Source: an uncultured Aliarcobacter sp.
GTDB lineage: Bacteria > Campylobacterota > Campylobacteria > Campylobacterales > Arcobacteraceae
Direction: 5' to 3'
Length of the DNA stretch: 64,000 nt
Assembly (NCBI GenBank): GCA_963664305.2
Contig: CAXXLV010000002.1
Span: 736,001-800,000 of the forward strand
A program made the translations under genes and the position numbers. Shown here one piece after another: positions 32,272 to 42,014 of this stretch. The notes beneath the pieces are model-generated. The model had not been told where the DNA came from and made no database searches. It was given only the letters and a program-made list of their open reading frames with translations. The stretch's first letter is position 1; each line of letters starts with the position of its first letter.

Positions 32272-32670
32272 CTAGTTTTTGAATATTTTGCTCTTTTTTA
32301 TCTCTTCTAATATATTCATTAGTTCTTTCTTTTCATCTAATAGCTGTTTTATTAATATATCTTTTTCGTCATCAATTTCAGGAATATTTTTTTGTTCTAA
32401 TATTTTTCCTAAATGAAATTCAAAAAGACCTTTTTCAATAGAATAATCAACTTTTAAACACTCTATTGTGATTTGTGGTTTATCATTTCCTAAACCATTT
32501 GTTATAAAAAGTTTTTTTATTTGTTTAATAGTATATGTTAATTTATCATCTTTTATAATAGGTTCAAGTAGCTCTTTTTTCCAATAATTATTATTTTCTT
32601 TTTCTAATATATTGATTTTCTTTAATAAAACTTTATCAAATAACTCTTTATTTATAGAAAGTTTATACAC
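32272..32670 (-). CDS. hypothetical protein, possibly degenerate ASCH/PUA-like
   Basis: 132-aa ORF with RBS; LSINKELFD...YWKK-L...NG...FHLGKIL resembles the ASCH pattern. Confidence 0.55.
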   Translation of the reverse strand: MYKLSINKELFDKVLLKKINILEKENNNYWKKELLEPIIKDDKLTYTIKQIKKLFITNGLGNDKPQITIECLKVDYSIEKGLFEFHLGKILEQKNIPEIDDEKDILIKQLLDEKKELMNILEEIKKSKIFKN

Positions 32671-32785
32671 CCTATTCCTTAAATTTTTTGTTTACTATAA
32701 CTATAAATTACTAAATTAAAAATATTACAACTAGCTTTAATTATAAAATGTTACAATCACAAAAAAAATTATTAAGGAAATTTAT

Positions 32786-34060
32786 ATGTTGAAAAACTAT
32801 AAACAATTATCATTTATTTTTTTAATTACGATTTTATTTACTGCTTGTTCAATTAAAGAACCAATTGTTATTCCAAAAGAGAGTGATATAGTTGAACTTT
32901 CAAAAAAAGCAAAAGATGATTTTATTAATCAAAATAAAGCTACAAATGATTATTTTATTAAATACTTTAAACCTTGGGATTCATCAAAAGTTTCATATCC
33001 TAAACTTGAAGCTATGTGGGGACAATCATATAAATATAAAAATGTTTATTTAGAAAATCATAAATTAGCAACAAGTGAATGGTTTGATAAACAAATAGCA
33101 AACTCTAATTTTGATGAATATAATGTTGTGCCTAAAAAAGCTATTATGTTAAAAAATGCAAATGTTAGAGTTCTTCCTACAAATTCACCTATGTTTTATG
33201 ACCCAACAAAACCAGGAGAAGGTTTTCCATTTGATTATAATCAAAACTCTTTAATTAAAATAAATACTCCAATTATTGTTTCTCATCTTTCAAAAGATAG
33301 AGCTTGGGCTTATATGGAGTCAAGTACAGTTGGAGGTTGGGTAGAAATAAATAGTATTGCTTTTGTAGATGATAATTTTATAAAAGAGTTCAAAAATTCT
33401 AACTATTATGTAAGTATTAAAGAAAAATTTCCTATTTATGACCCAGTATTTAGAGAATATGTAAAAGTTGCAACAATTTTCCCTAAAAAAGATGATAAAT
33501 ATATAATTGCAAAAACAGATGATAATCAAAAAGCAAAAATCACTTATATTTATTTAAATGAGGATGAAATTGAAGCTATGCCTATAGCTTATACTTCTGA
33601 AAATAGAGTAAAAATTTTAAATCAACTTCTGGATGAGCCTTATGGTTGGGGTGGATTATTAAATAATAGAGATTGTTCAAGTTTTACACAAGATTTTTTT
33701 GTTCCATTTGGAAAATATTTACATAGAAATTCTAAATCACAAACATCAAATGGAAATTATTTAGATATGTCAAAATTGACAATTGATGAAAAAAAAGATT
33801 TTATTAAAAAACATGGTGTACCTTTTTCTACATTAGTTTATTTAAAAGGTCATATTATGTTATATGCAGGTATTAAAGATAAGGAACCATTAGTAATACA
33901 CAATATTTGGAGTGTAAGATTAAAAGATAGTTCAGGAAGAAAATATAGAAATATTATTGGTAAAGCTACAATAACTACACTAGAACCAGGAAAAGAATTA
34001 AAAGATTTTGATGAAGATAACAATATCTTACGAAGAGTTTTAGGTATCACAATTTTATAA
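32786..34060 (+). CDS. SH3-domain NlpC/P60 lipoprotein peptidase
   Basis: Lipobox FTAC, GEGFPFDYNQNS, PYGWGG...RDCSS, GHIMLY. Confidence 0.9.
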   Translation: MLKNYKQLSFIFLITILFTACSIKEPIVIPKESDIVELSKKAKDDFINQNKATNDYFIKYFKPWDSSKVSYPKLEAMWGQSYKYKNVYLENHKLATSEWFDKQIANSNFDEYNVVPKKAIMLKNANVRVLPTNSPMFYDPTKPGEGFPFDYNQNSLIKINTPIIVSHLSKDRAWAYMESSTVGGWVEINSIAFVDDNFIKEFKNSNYYVSIKEKFPIYDPVFREYVKVATIFPKKDDKYIIAKTDDNQKAKITYIYLNEDEIEAMPIAYTSENRVKILNQLLDEPYGWGGLLNNRDCSSFTQDFFVPFGKYLHRNSKSQTSNGNYLDMSKLTIDEKKDFIKKHGVPFSTLVYLKGHIMLYAGIKDKEPLVIHNIWSVRLKDSSGRKYRNIIGKATITTLEPGKELKDFDEDNNILRRVLGITIL

Positions 34061-34084
34061 GCTTTAGAAAAATCTAAAGCTTAT
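34057..34084. terminator. bidirectional terminator
   Basis: ataagctttaga-aaaa-tctaaagcttat between convergent genes. Confidence 0.7.
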
Positions 34085-34086
34085 TT

Positions 34087-37000
34087 CTAACTTTTTCTTA
34101 AATAAAATATCCTATAAATCATAGGCACAAAATATAGATTTAAAACTGTTGCCCATAAGATTCCAAAACCTAAAGAAACAGCCATTGGTTGAAGTATTAA
34201 AGCTTGTCCAGATGCGAAAAATATCAATGTCCCAAGTCCTAATACAGTTGTAATTGAAGTTAATAAAATTGGTCTTAATCTCATTTTTGCTAAAGATACC
34301 AGCTCTTCAAGATTTTTTGCTTTTTTAATAAAATCCATCATGATAATTCCATCATTTACAATAACACCAGCAAGTCCTACCATTCCAATTAAACTTGGCA
34401 TTGTAATATTTATATTCATGATTAAATGCCCTATTAAAACACCTAAAATTGATAAAGGAATTGTTGTTAATATTATCAAAGGTTTTAAAACTGAATCAAA
34501 CATCCAAATAAGTGCCATAAAAATTAAAACAATTGCAATAATTGCAGCTTGTGCCATCTCTCTTTGCACTTTTTCATTCTCTTCTTGTTCACCTTTTATT
34601 GAAATATTTACATTTTTTCTAAGTTCTATAATTTCATCATTAATTTTTTCAAATAACTCAGCTGATGTTATTTTTGTAAGTGATGCAGTTACACTTATAA
34701 TTTGTTCACTATTTTCTTTAAAAATTTGTGAATAAGAAGGTATTTTTATAAAATCTGCAACTTCTTTTAATAACACTTTTTCATTGTTTGAAGTGTTTAT
34801 TGTAAAACTATCTAGGCTCTCTAAAATATCTTTTTTTGAACTTTCAAAAACAATATCAATTAAACCATCTCTATCAAACATTTTAGAGTAAGAAGCTTTT
34901 AAATAAAAAGGTCTTAGTTGATTTAAAATTGTCTCTTCTGTTATCCCTAAACTATTTCCATAAGAGTTAACTTTAAATTTTAATTCATAATTTCCAACAA
35001 TAGAATCATCTGCAATATTTGAAACACCTTCTACTTGATGTAAACTAGCTTTTAGTTTTTCAACAGCGTTTAAAACTTCTTCTTTTTTTCCAGAAACTGC
35101 TATTTCAACATCATTTTTTACAATTCCAGTTTGAGGAACAAATACTTTTAACTCTTCAAATTTTCCAGATTTTACATCTGTTTCTAAAATCTTTTTCAAT
35201 TCATTTTCAACATCTTGAGCACTTACAGTTCTAATCATATTTGAATCATCATATTTTGGAGATAAATATGGATTTATATACTTTTCAAAGAAATTTTCAG
35301 CAGCACGTTCATGTAAATTTACAAATACATGAAAATAAAACTCTTCATAATGTGGTAAATTTTTTCCATCAAGTTTCATTCCAATAACTGAACTAACAGA
35401 GTTTATACTATTTTTAAAATCCATTGAAGTTAGCATTTTCTTTTCAAGTTCTAAAACTAACTCTTCTGTTTGTTCTATTTTTTTACCAACTCCAACAGAA
35501 CCTGTTATATAAACTTGAGTCGAATCAAATGATGGCATAAATTTAAATTTTTGTGTTTTAAATATCATTATTGAACCAATGATAATTAAAAACACCATTA
35601 AAAATATTGCTATATATTTACCTTTTAATAAAAACTCTAAAATATTTCCATAAAGTTTATAATTAAAATCCCAAATTTTATGAGATTTCTTTTCAGCAGG
35701 ATTTACTTTTAAAATATCTTTTGCATGTAATGGTAAAAAGAAAAAGGCTTCAAATAAAGAACTAAGAAGTAAAATACTAATCATTACAGGAAGAATTTGC
35801 ATAAATTTTCCTACTTCTCCTGTCATTAGTAAAATTGGTAAAAAGGCAAATATTGTCGTTGCCGTTGCTGTTAAAACAGCTGGATACATTTCTAATGCTC
35901 CATCTCTTGCTGCACTAAATTTATCTTTTCCCATTTCAAGATGTCTATAAATATTTTCTCCAACAACAATTGCTTCATCAACTAACATTCCAAGGGCAAT
36001 TAAAGCTCCTAAAAGTGAAAGCATATTTAAGCTATATCCTAAATATTCAGCAAAAATTAGTCCAATCATAAATGATGTTGGAATTCCAATAGCTATAACA
36101 ATAGCTATTCTTAAATTTATGAAATAATATAAAGCTATACACAATAAAATAAGTCCAAAAAGAATATTTGAAACAACTGTATTTAGCCTATTTTTAATCC
36201 AAATAGAAGTATCTATATATGTATCAAATTCTAAATTTTCATATTTTTTTTCAAAATCTTTTGTTATTTGTTTTATTTGTTTAACTAATTCAATTGCATC
36301 ACCTTGAAAACCTTTGTTTATAGAAACTGCAATATTTGTATTACCATTAAAATGAGAGATATTTGAAACATCAGCTAATTCATATTTTATTTCAGCAATA
36401 TCTTTTAAATAAATTGATTTTCCATTGATTTTTATAATTGTATTTTTTATTTTTTCAACATCTTTTTCACCATTAAATGTAGATAAATAATAGTGTGTTG
36501 AACTATCTTTAATCATACCTATTGGAAAAATTGAACTCAATGAAGATAAGGCATTGATTACTGAAACTTTTTCAAAACCATAAGCATTGATTTTTTCATC
36601 ATTTAATATCATCAAAAGTTCTTTATCACTCTCTCCTAATACTTGAACTTGTGATAAATCTTTTAGTTGCATAACTTTAGATTTTACCTCTTTAGCAACT
36701 TCAATTAAATACTCTTTAGAATCATGATTTTTTGAATAAACAGCAACGGTGATTAAAGGGAACGCAAACTCAACAGCTTTTACTGTTGGTTCATCCATAT
36801 CAGAAGGTAAATTTGTTTTTATTTTTGTGATAATATCTTTTACATCATCTAAAATATCTTTTGCTTTATATCCATCTTTTAAATCTACATTTATTGTAAA
36901 ACTTCCATTTTTTATAGTTGATGAAATAGTATCAGCACTACTTAAACTCAATAATTCATCTTCAATTTCTGAAACAGCAATTTTATCAAGTAACTCTGAA

Positions 37001-37170
37001 CTTGCTCCTGAATAAGCTCCATTTATAACTACTGCATCCATAGCAGAAGGTGGAAAAATCTCTTTTGGAATTTTTAAATAAGAAAAAATAGATAAAAGAA
37101 ATATAAAAAAAAGAATAAAATGATTTAAGAGAGGTTTTCGTAAGGAAAACTCAATCATCGCTTTTATCAT
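34087..37170 (-). CDS. AcrB/AcrD/AcrF-family RND permease
   Basis: 1027 aa; GMLVDEAIVVGENI, GVIVNDGI, RLRPILLTSITT. Confidence 0.93.
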   Translation of the reverse strand: MIKAMIEFSLRKPLLNHFILFFIFLLSIFSYLKIPKEIFPPSAMDAVVINGAYSGASSELLDKIAVSEIEDELLSLSSADTISSTIKNGSFTINVDLKDGYKAKDILDDVKDIITKIKTNLPSDMDEPTVKAVEFAFPLITVAVYSKNHDSKEYLIEVAKEVKSKVMQLKDLSQVQVLGESDKELLMILNDEKINAYGFEKVSVINALSSLSSIFPIGMIKDSSTHYYLSTFNGEKDVEKIKNTIIKINGKSIYLKDIAEIKYELADVSNISHFNGNTNIAVSINKGFQGDAIELVKQIKQITKDFEKKYENLEFDTYIDTSIWIKNRLNTVVSNILFGLILLCIALYYFINLRIAIVIAIGIPTSFMIGLIFAEYLGYSLNMLSLLGALIALGMLVDEAIVVGENIYRHLEMGKDKFSAARDGALEMYPAVLTATATTIFAFLPILLMTGEVGKFMQILPVMISILLLSSLFEAFFFLPLHAKDILKVNPAEKKSHKIWDFNYKLYGNILEFLLKGKYIAIFLMVFLIIIGSIMIFKTQKFKFMPSFDSTQVYITGSVGVGKKIEQTEELVLELEKKMLTSMDFKNSINSVSSVIGMKLDGKNLPHYEEFYFHVFVNLHERAAENFFEKYINPYLSPKYDDSNMIRTVSAQDVENELKKILETDVKSGKFEELKVFVPQTGIVKNDVEIAVSGKKEEVLNAVEKLKASLHQVEGVSNIADDSIVGNYELKFKVNSYGNSLGITEETILNQLRPFYLKASYSKMFDRDGLIDIVFESSKKDILESLDSFTINTSNNEKVLLKEVADFIKIPSYSQIFKENSEQIISVTASLTKITSAELFEKINDEIIELRKNVNISIKGEQEENEKVQREMAQAAIIAIVLIFMALIWMFDSVLKPLIILTTIPLSILGVLIGHLIMNINITMPSLIGMVGLAGVIVNDGIIMMDFIKKAKNLEELVSLAKMRLRPILLTSITTVLGLGTLIFFASGQALILQPMAVSLGFGILWATVLNLYFVPMIYRIFYLRKS

Positions 37171-37450
37171 CAGTCTTTTCCAAGTTTAAATTTTTATTAT
37201 TTAGTTTATCTAATGGATTAAATAGTAAAGAATCCATAATTTGATTTTTAAATTTCATATCTTCCAATTGTTGAGCAAGGAAAGTATTTTCCTCTTGAAG
37301 TGAAATATAATGGGCATATAATTTATTGATATCTTTACTTGTGTAATAAATATTATTTCTTATATATATTTTTGGAAAATATATAAACAATGCTAAAAAT
37401 AATATTCCAAATACTATATTTAAAGCGCTTCTTGCTGTTAATTTAGTCAA
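37151..37450 (-). CDS. ftsL: FtsL-like cell division protein
   Basis: Single TM plus coiled coil (PKIYIRNNIYYTS...LQEEN) directly after rsmH. Confidence 0.65.
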   Translation of the reverse strand: MTKLTARSALNIVFGILFLALFIYFPKIYIRNNIYYTSKDINKLYAHYISLQEENTFLAQQLEDMKFKNQIMDSLLFNPLDKLNNKNLNLEKTDDKSDD

Positions 37451-38345
37451 ATTTGAAAATCCTTAATTTAGAACTTCTACTTCGTGGGTTTTGTTTGATT
37501 TCTTTTGCAGTTGGAATTATAGGTTTTTTTGTAATAATTTTCCCTAAAGCGTGATTATTTCCACATTCACATCTAAAAACACCTTCAGGACAAATACAAG
37601 ATTTACTCCATTTTTTAAAATAGTTTTTAACTATTCTATCTTCTAAAGAGTGAAAAGAGATAATTGCTACTATACAATTTCTAAATTTTGCTTTTTCCAA
37701 AGAATCAAAAAGCCTTTCAAGAACACCTAATTCATCATTTACTTCTATTCTAATTCCCTGAAAAGGAAGAGTTGCTGGATGAAGTTTTCCTTTTGACATC
37801 TTTTTAGAAAGAAGTTCAGAAATCTCTTTTGCACTATTAAAAGGTCTATTATTTACTATTAATGAAGCAACTTTTTTATACTCTTTTACTTCACCATACT
37901 CTTTAAATATTCTTTCTAATTCTGTTTGAGAGTATGTATTTACAACAGTTGCTGCATCTAAACTTTGATTTTGATTCATTCTCATATCAAGTGTTTCACT
38001 CTCAAATCCAAAACCACGGTCAAGTTTATCAAGTTGTAAAGAAGATACTCCAATATCAGCTAAAACTCCTCTAATATCATAATCTTTAAAAGTTTCTATA
38101 ACGTGTTCAAAATTTCCTTTATTAAAAATCACCCTATTTTCAAAATTTTCTAGTCTTTTTTTACTAAAAGCCAAAGCTTCATCATCTTGGTCATTACAAA
38201 TTAATTTTATATTATTATTTTGATTTAACAAACCATTACTATGACCTGCAAAACCTGTTGTACAATCTATTATATAACCTTCATTTATATCTTTAAAAGC
38301 TTCTAAAGTTTCATGATATAAAACAGGTATATGGGGAATATTCAT
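37443..38345 (-). CDS. rsmH: 16S rRNA m4C1402 methyltransferase
   Basis: HIPVL, DIGVSSLQLD, LDMRM, ISFHSLEDRIVK, NPRSRSSKLR. Confidence 0.98.
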   Translation of the reverse strand: MNIPHIPVLYHETLEAFKDINEGYIIDCTTGFAGHSNGLLNQNNNIKLICNDQDDEALAFSKKRLENFENRVIFNKGNFEHVIETFKDYDIRGVLADIGVSSLQLDKLDRGFGFESETLDMRMNQNQSLDAATVVNTYSQTELERIFKEYGEVKEYKKVASLIVNNRPFNSAKEISELLSKKMSKGKLHPATLPFQGIRIEVNDELGVLERLFDSLEKAKFRNCIVAIISFHSLEDRIVKNYFKKWSKSCICPEGVFRCECGNNHALGKIITKKPIIPTAKEIKQNPRSRSSKLRIFKFD

Positions 38346-38406
38346 TAAAATGGTCCTTATTTAAATTAGTATATAATACCTAAAAATATATTCAAGGGCT
38401 TTTAAA

Positions 38407-38985
38407 ATGATTGAAAAAGATACTATAAAATTACTCTCTGATTTATCTTTAACAATGTTTAGTAAAAACTTTTTTGGTATCTATCATGGTGCTATATCTA
38501 CAAAGATTGATCAATATAATTTTATAATAAATACTAGCGATGCAATTTTTGATAAAATGGATGAAAAATCATTTTGTGCTTTAAATATAAATAAACAAGA
38601 TTATAGATGGAATATTGCAAGTATGGAATCAGATATTCATGCAACAATTTATGCAAATATCCATGAAGCAAAATATATAGCATTTGGAATGCCAATTTAT
38701 ACAACTGCTTATACTTTTGAACATGATAAAATCGTTTTTGAAGATTTTTTTGGAAAAACAATTTTTGGAGAGATTGATATATATAATCCTGGTGATTTTT
38801 CAACATGGTATAAAAGAAACGCTCTTGAAATTACTAAATATTTAAAAGAATCAAATAATAATATTATGGTAATAAAAGGTATAGGTACTTATGTATATGA
38901 TAGAGACGTTCATGAACTAGTAAAAAAGATTGCAATTCTTGAAAATTCATGCAGACTTTTAAGTATAAAAAGCTCTTTCCAATAA
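38407..38985 (+). CDS. class II aldolase/adducin-family protein
   Basis: ASMESDIHATIY motif and fold pattern; metal-binding His residues partly absent. Confidence 0.75.
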   Translation: MIEKDTIKLLSDLSLTMFSKNFFGIYHGAISTKIDQYNFIINTSDAIFDKMDEKSFCALNINKQDYRWNIASMESDIHATIYANIHEAKYIAFGMPIYTTAYTFEHDKIVFEDFFGKTIFGEIDIYNPGDFSTWYKRNALEITKYLKESNNNIMVIKGIGTYVYDRDVHELVKKIAILENSCRLLSIKSSFQ

Positions 38986-39106
38986 AAAAAAGTAAATCTT
39001 GATTATTTTTCTTGTAATTTCAGCTTTAAACCCCGAAATTTTAGCTATTTCAAAGCTTAAATACTATAAAGTTTTCACAATTTAATTTTATACAAGGAGT
39101 TCATCC

Positions 39107-39385
39107 ATGAACAAGGCAGAATTTATCGATGCAGTAGCTGCAAAAGCTGGTTTATCTAAAAAAGATGCAAAAGGTGCTGTTGATGCTGTTTTAGACACAA
39201 TTACTGAATCTTTAGTAAAAAAAGAATCTGTAAGCTTTATTGGATTCGGTACATTTGCAGTTGCAGATAGAGCTGCAAGAACAGCAAAAGTTCCAGGTAC
39301 TGATAAAACTGTTGAAGTACCAGCTACAACTGTTGCAAAATTTAAAGTTGGAAAAGCTCTTAAAGAAGCTGTATCAGCAAAATAA
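39107..39385 (+). CDS. hup: DNA-binding protein HU
   Basis: MNKAEFIDAVA, IGFGTF, FKVGKALKEAV. Confidence 0.97.
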   Translation: MNKAEFIDAVAAKAGLSKKDAKGAVDAVLDTITESLVKKESVSFIGFGTFAVADRAARTAKVPGTDKTVEVPATTVAKFKVGKALKEAVSAK

Positions 39386-39396
39386 TCTCTTCTTCT

Positions 39397-39431
39397 AAAA
39401 AGAATCCATTTTTTAATGGGTTCTTTTTTTT
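39397..39431 (+). terminator. Rho-independent terminator of hup
   Basis: aaaaagaatccatt-tttt-aatgggttctttttttt. Confidence 0.75.
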
Positions 39432-39445
39432 ATTCTCTAAAAAAT

Positions 39446-39486
39446 GCCGCTATGGTGAAATTGGTAGACACAAGGGATTCAAAATC
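39446..39486 (+). pseudogene. 5' half of tRNA-Leu(CAA) truncated in the anticodon arm; putative att junction
   Basis: GCCGCTA-TG-GTGAAATTGGTAGACAC-A-AGGGA-TTCAAAA-TC, then non-tRNA sequence; no T-arm, 3' acceptor strand or CCA follows. Confidence 0.85.
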
Positions 39487-39534
39487 GCAAGAGAAAGTAA
39501 TTTAAAAGCCTATAAATAGGTTTTAATTTGTTTT

Positions 39535-39553
39535 AGGTACGTAAAAAAGGTAC
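39535..39553. repeat. AGGTAC direct repeat (13-bp period), putative integrase arm-type sites
   Basis: aggtac-gtaaaaa-aggtac about 50 bp inside the junction. Confidence 0.45.
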
Positions 39554-39568
39554 ACAATTTATTTATAT

Positions 39569-39652
39569 GGCTCTGTGGCGGAATTGGTAGACGCGTACGA
39601 TTCAAAATCGTATTCCACTGGAGTGCCGGTTCGATCCCGGCCAGGGCTACCA
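39569..39652 (+). tRNA. tRNA-Leu(CAA), complete, element-borne
   Basis: Acceptor GGCTCTG/CAGGGCT+ACCA, D-arm GCGGAATTGGTAGACGC, anticodon arm TACGA-TTCAAAA-TCGTA, variable arm, T-arm GCCGG-TTCGATC-CCGGC. Confidence 0.95.
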
Positions 39653-39659
39653 TAATTAA

Positions 39660-39845
39660 TTATGATAGATTATCCTCGATATAATTGAGTACATCATCTC
39701 TAAGTATAAAATGTTTTACACCCACTTTAAATGATCTTAACTTTTTAAGTTTAATTAATTTTTTTGCAGTTGTTACTTTTATAAAACCTAATTCATCTAA
39801 TTCTTTCAATGAAAAAGAAATTCTTCTTGGTAATAATTCTTCCAT
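39660..39845 (-). CDS. excisionase-like HTH (HTH_17/MerR-like) protein
   Basis: 61 aa, basic; SLKEL...VTTAKKLIK..KLRSFKVG.KHFI.RDDVLNYI; adjacent to the att junction. Confidence 0.75.
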   Translation of the reverse strand: MEELLPRRISFSLKELDELGFIKVTTAKKLIKLKKLRSFKVGVKHFILRDDVLNYIEDNLS

Positions 39846-39846
39846 T

Positions 39847-41040
39847 TTATACTCCTACTTTATCATCGTTTAGCACTTTTGCAAGTTTTTCTGTTTCTTT
39901 TTCAATCCAATAAAAAATTGAATTTTTCTCACTTGCAACTTTTTCATAATTCCATTTTCCTTTATTTCCCCAGATTTGTAGCCATTTTATAGCCCTTTTA
40001 TCTCCAAGTCCAATAGATTCTCTTACAATTTTAGTTTCCTTCATCAAATCACTCTGATTAATTTTTTCATTAAGATCTTTTAAAATATCACTTACAATTT
40101 TTATAAAAAAATATTCTTGCTGACTGATATTTGATTCTTCAAAATCTACTTCAATCAAAGAAATCGTTTCCTCCTCATATTGAAAAGCCTTCGATTGAAT
40201 TAAATTATCTCGATCTTTTTTAACATGAAATAGCCAAGTATTACTTTGATCATTCTTAGTGATCAAAATTTGATAATCAAGATCTCTTTTCCATTCAAAA
40301 CTTCCGTGATAATCCGCAGTTTGTCCATCTCTAACACGATGTGAATGATGGATTATTATTGGTGTTGAACCTTGACTTCTAAGAATTCTAATTACATCAA
40401 ATAATTCTTTTAATTTTACTCTTTCTTTTCTACTTCCATCATATACAAAATGAGAGCCACTATCTATCACAATCATTTTACCTTTATTTTTATCTCCATC
40501 TAAAACAAGTTCTTTTAAAGCGTCTATTGCTTCCATTTCTTGTATAATTTCATTGCCAAGTAGGTAATCAAATTTTCCATCTCCCCATTTTTCTGCAAGT
40601 TGATCATATCTTCGTTTTTTTAAACTACTTAAACAATTATCAAAATCAAAGAAAATTGCACCACTTATATTCTTATTTTCTAATCCATAATTTGCAAAAG
40701 CAGTGCACATTAATGTTTTTCCTATTCCAGTGTCTCCAAATAACATAATATTTTTTCCTGATTCAAGTAAATTAGGATAAATAAATTGTGGATTTTCCTC
40801 TATCTTAGAAGTTTTTTCCAAACTTAATCTAAATTTTTTAAGTTTTTCAATCCCTTGTATTTTACTGTTTTGATTTTCAATGTTTAATTCTTCAATTTTT
40901 TTCTGAATTATTTGCCTTTGATTTTCATTTACATGAGAACTTCTTTTCAATTCTTCTAAATCTTTAATTTTTTTACTTTGAATTCTTTTTTTTATAACTT
41001 CATATTCAATTTTTTCAATTTCAATATTTAAATTTTCCAT
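39847..41040 (-). CDS. RecA/DnaB-like AAA ATPase (AAA_25 / RepA-helicase-like), probable element replication protein
   Basis: Walker A GDTGIGKT, Walker B IVIDS, IIIHH, YHGS and KKDR motifs. Confidence 0.7.
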   Translation of the reverse strand: MENLNIEIEKIEYEVIKKRIQSKKIKDLEELKRSSHVNENQRQIIQKKIEELNIENQNSKIQGIEKLKKFRLSLEKTSKIEENPQFIYPNLLESGKNIMLFGDTGIGKTLMCTAFANYGLENKNISGAIFFDFDNCLSSLKKRRYDQLAEKWGDGKFDYLLGNEIIQEMEAIDALKELVLDGDKNKGKMIVIDSGSHFVYDGSRKERVKLKELFDVIRILRSQGSTPIIIHHSHRVRDGQTADYHGSFEWKRDLDYQILITKNDQSNTWLFHVKKDRDNLIQSKAFQYEEETISLIEVDFEESNISQQEYFFIKIVSDILKDLNEKINQSDLMKETKIVRESIGLGDKRAIKWLQIWGNKGKWNYEKVASEKNSIFYWIEKETEKLAKVLNDDKVGV

Positions 41041-41042
41041 CT

Positions 41043-41732
41043 TTAGGCAATCTCTTCTTTTATATAAAAATATAAGTAAAGCTGATTATTTATTCTTTTT
41101 CTTAGATTCTTAAATTGTGATGATAATTCTGATTCAATAAAATAAGAAAGATTTATATCTAATTTTTCACTAAGTTCTTTTATCTCTTCGAATGTAAGTT
41201 CAAATTTACTTTCTAAAGTTTTGATATGTTCAATAATAAGATTTGGCTCATCTTTTGCTAATTTTTTTAAATCTCTCACTGTAAAATCAATTTCATGATT
41301 TTCATATATGTCAGCCATAATCCAAATTTGAAAATTTAAAAGATTAATTTTTCTCTTTGAATCGAAAAGATTCTTAATATTATTTAGTAAACGCTGTTTA
41401 ATTTTATTAAAAACTTTAATATTACTATCTTCCTTATTTTCAAAAAAGCATTTTTTATTTTTTGTAATACTTTTTTTTATCTGTCTCAATGTTGCTTCAA
41501 TAGCCAACTTATAGCATAATTCAAAATCTATTTGATTTAAATATCCTCCTGTTTTATAAAAAAATTCTTCAACTTCTTCTTTCATTAACATATAAGTTAT
41601 TGAATCAACATTTGTTAATTCTTCTATCCAATCACTTTTTGTGAATGCATTAAATAGAAATGAAAATTGATTTTTATTTCTTTTTTTGCTATTATCGTTA
41701 GAAAAAGATTTTAATTGTGCATTTTTTCTCAT
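41043..41732 (-). CDS. hypothetical protein
   Basis: 229-aa ORF with AAGGA RBS, 2 bp upstream of the ATPase gene. Confidence 0.7.
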   Translation of the reverse strand: MRKNAQLKSFSNDNSKKRNKNQFSFLFNAFTKSDWIEELTNVDSITYMLMKEEVEEFFYKTGGYLNQIDFELCYKLAIEATLRQIKKSITKNKKCFFENKEDSNIKVFNKIKQRLLNNIKNLFDSKRKINLLNFQIWIMADIYENHEIDFTVRDLKKLAKDEPNLIIEHIKTLESKFELTFEEIKELSEKLDINLSYFIESELSSQFKNLRKRINNQLYLYFYIKEEIA

Positions 41733-41960
41733 TTTTAATCCTTTTTATTTTTGATTAGAGTGTAATTTAGAATTAAGTTTGCAGACCCTATTTATAAATT
41801 ACACTCTTTATTTATATTTTTATTACTTTTAATACTACATATCACCCTCTCCAAACAAAATCTATAAACTATTATTGACTTTCTATTTTTTTAATCTCAT
41901 TTTAATGTGAATTAATCGTAAAATCACTATAATCATTTATTGAGTATATATTTCAATATA

Positions 41961-41976
41961 ATACTCATATGAGTAT
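41961..41976. promoter_or_regulatory. perfect 16-bp palindrome ATACTCATATGAGTAT, putative repressor operator
   Basis: Between divergent operons, overlaps a TATAAT; extra half-site TGAGTAT at 41941. Confidence 0.6.
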
Positions 41977-42014
41977 AATATTATATAACGATTAATTTGT
42001 CAAGGGGTACAAAT

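Noticed and set aside
39446..39652. Intron-containing or permuted tRNA
   Set aside because: The second copy is complete by itself and no 3' half matching the first copy's stems is visible; an integration scar is simpler.
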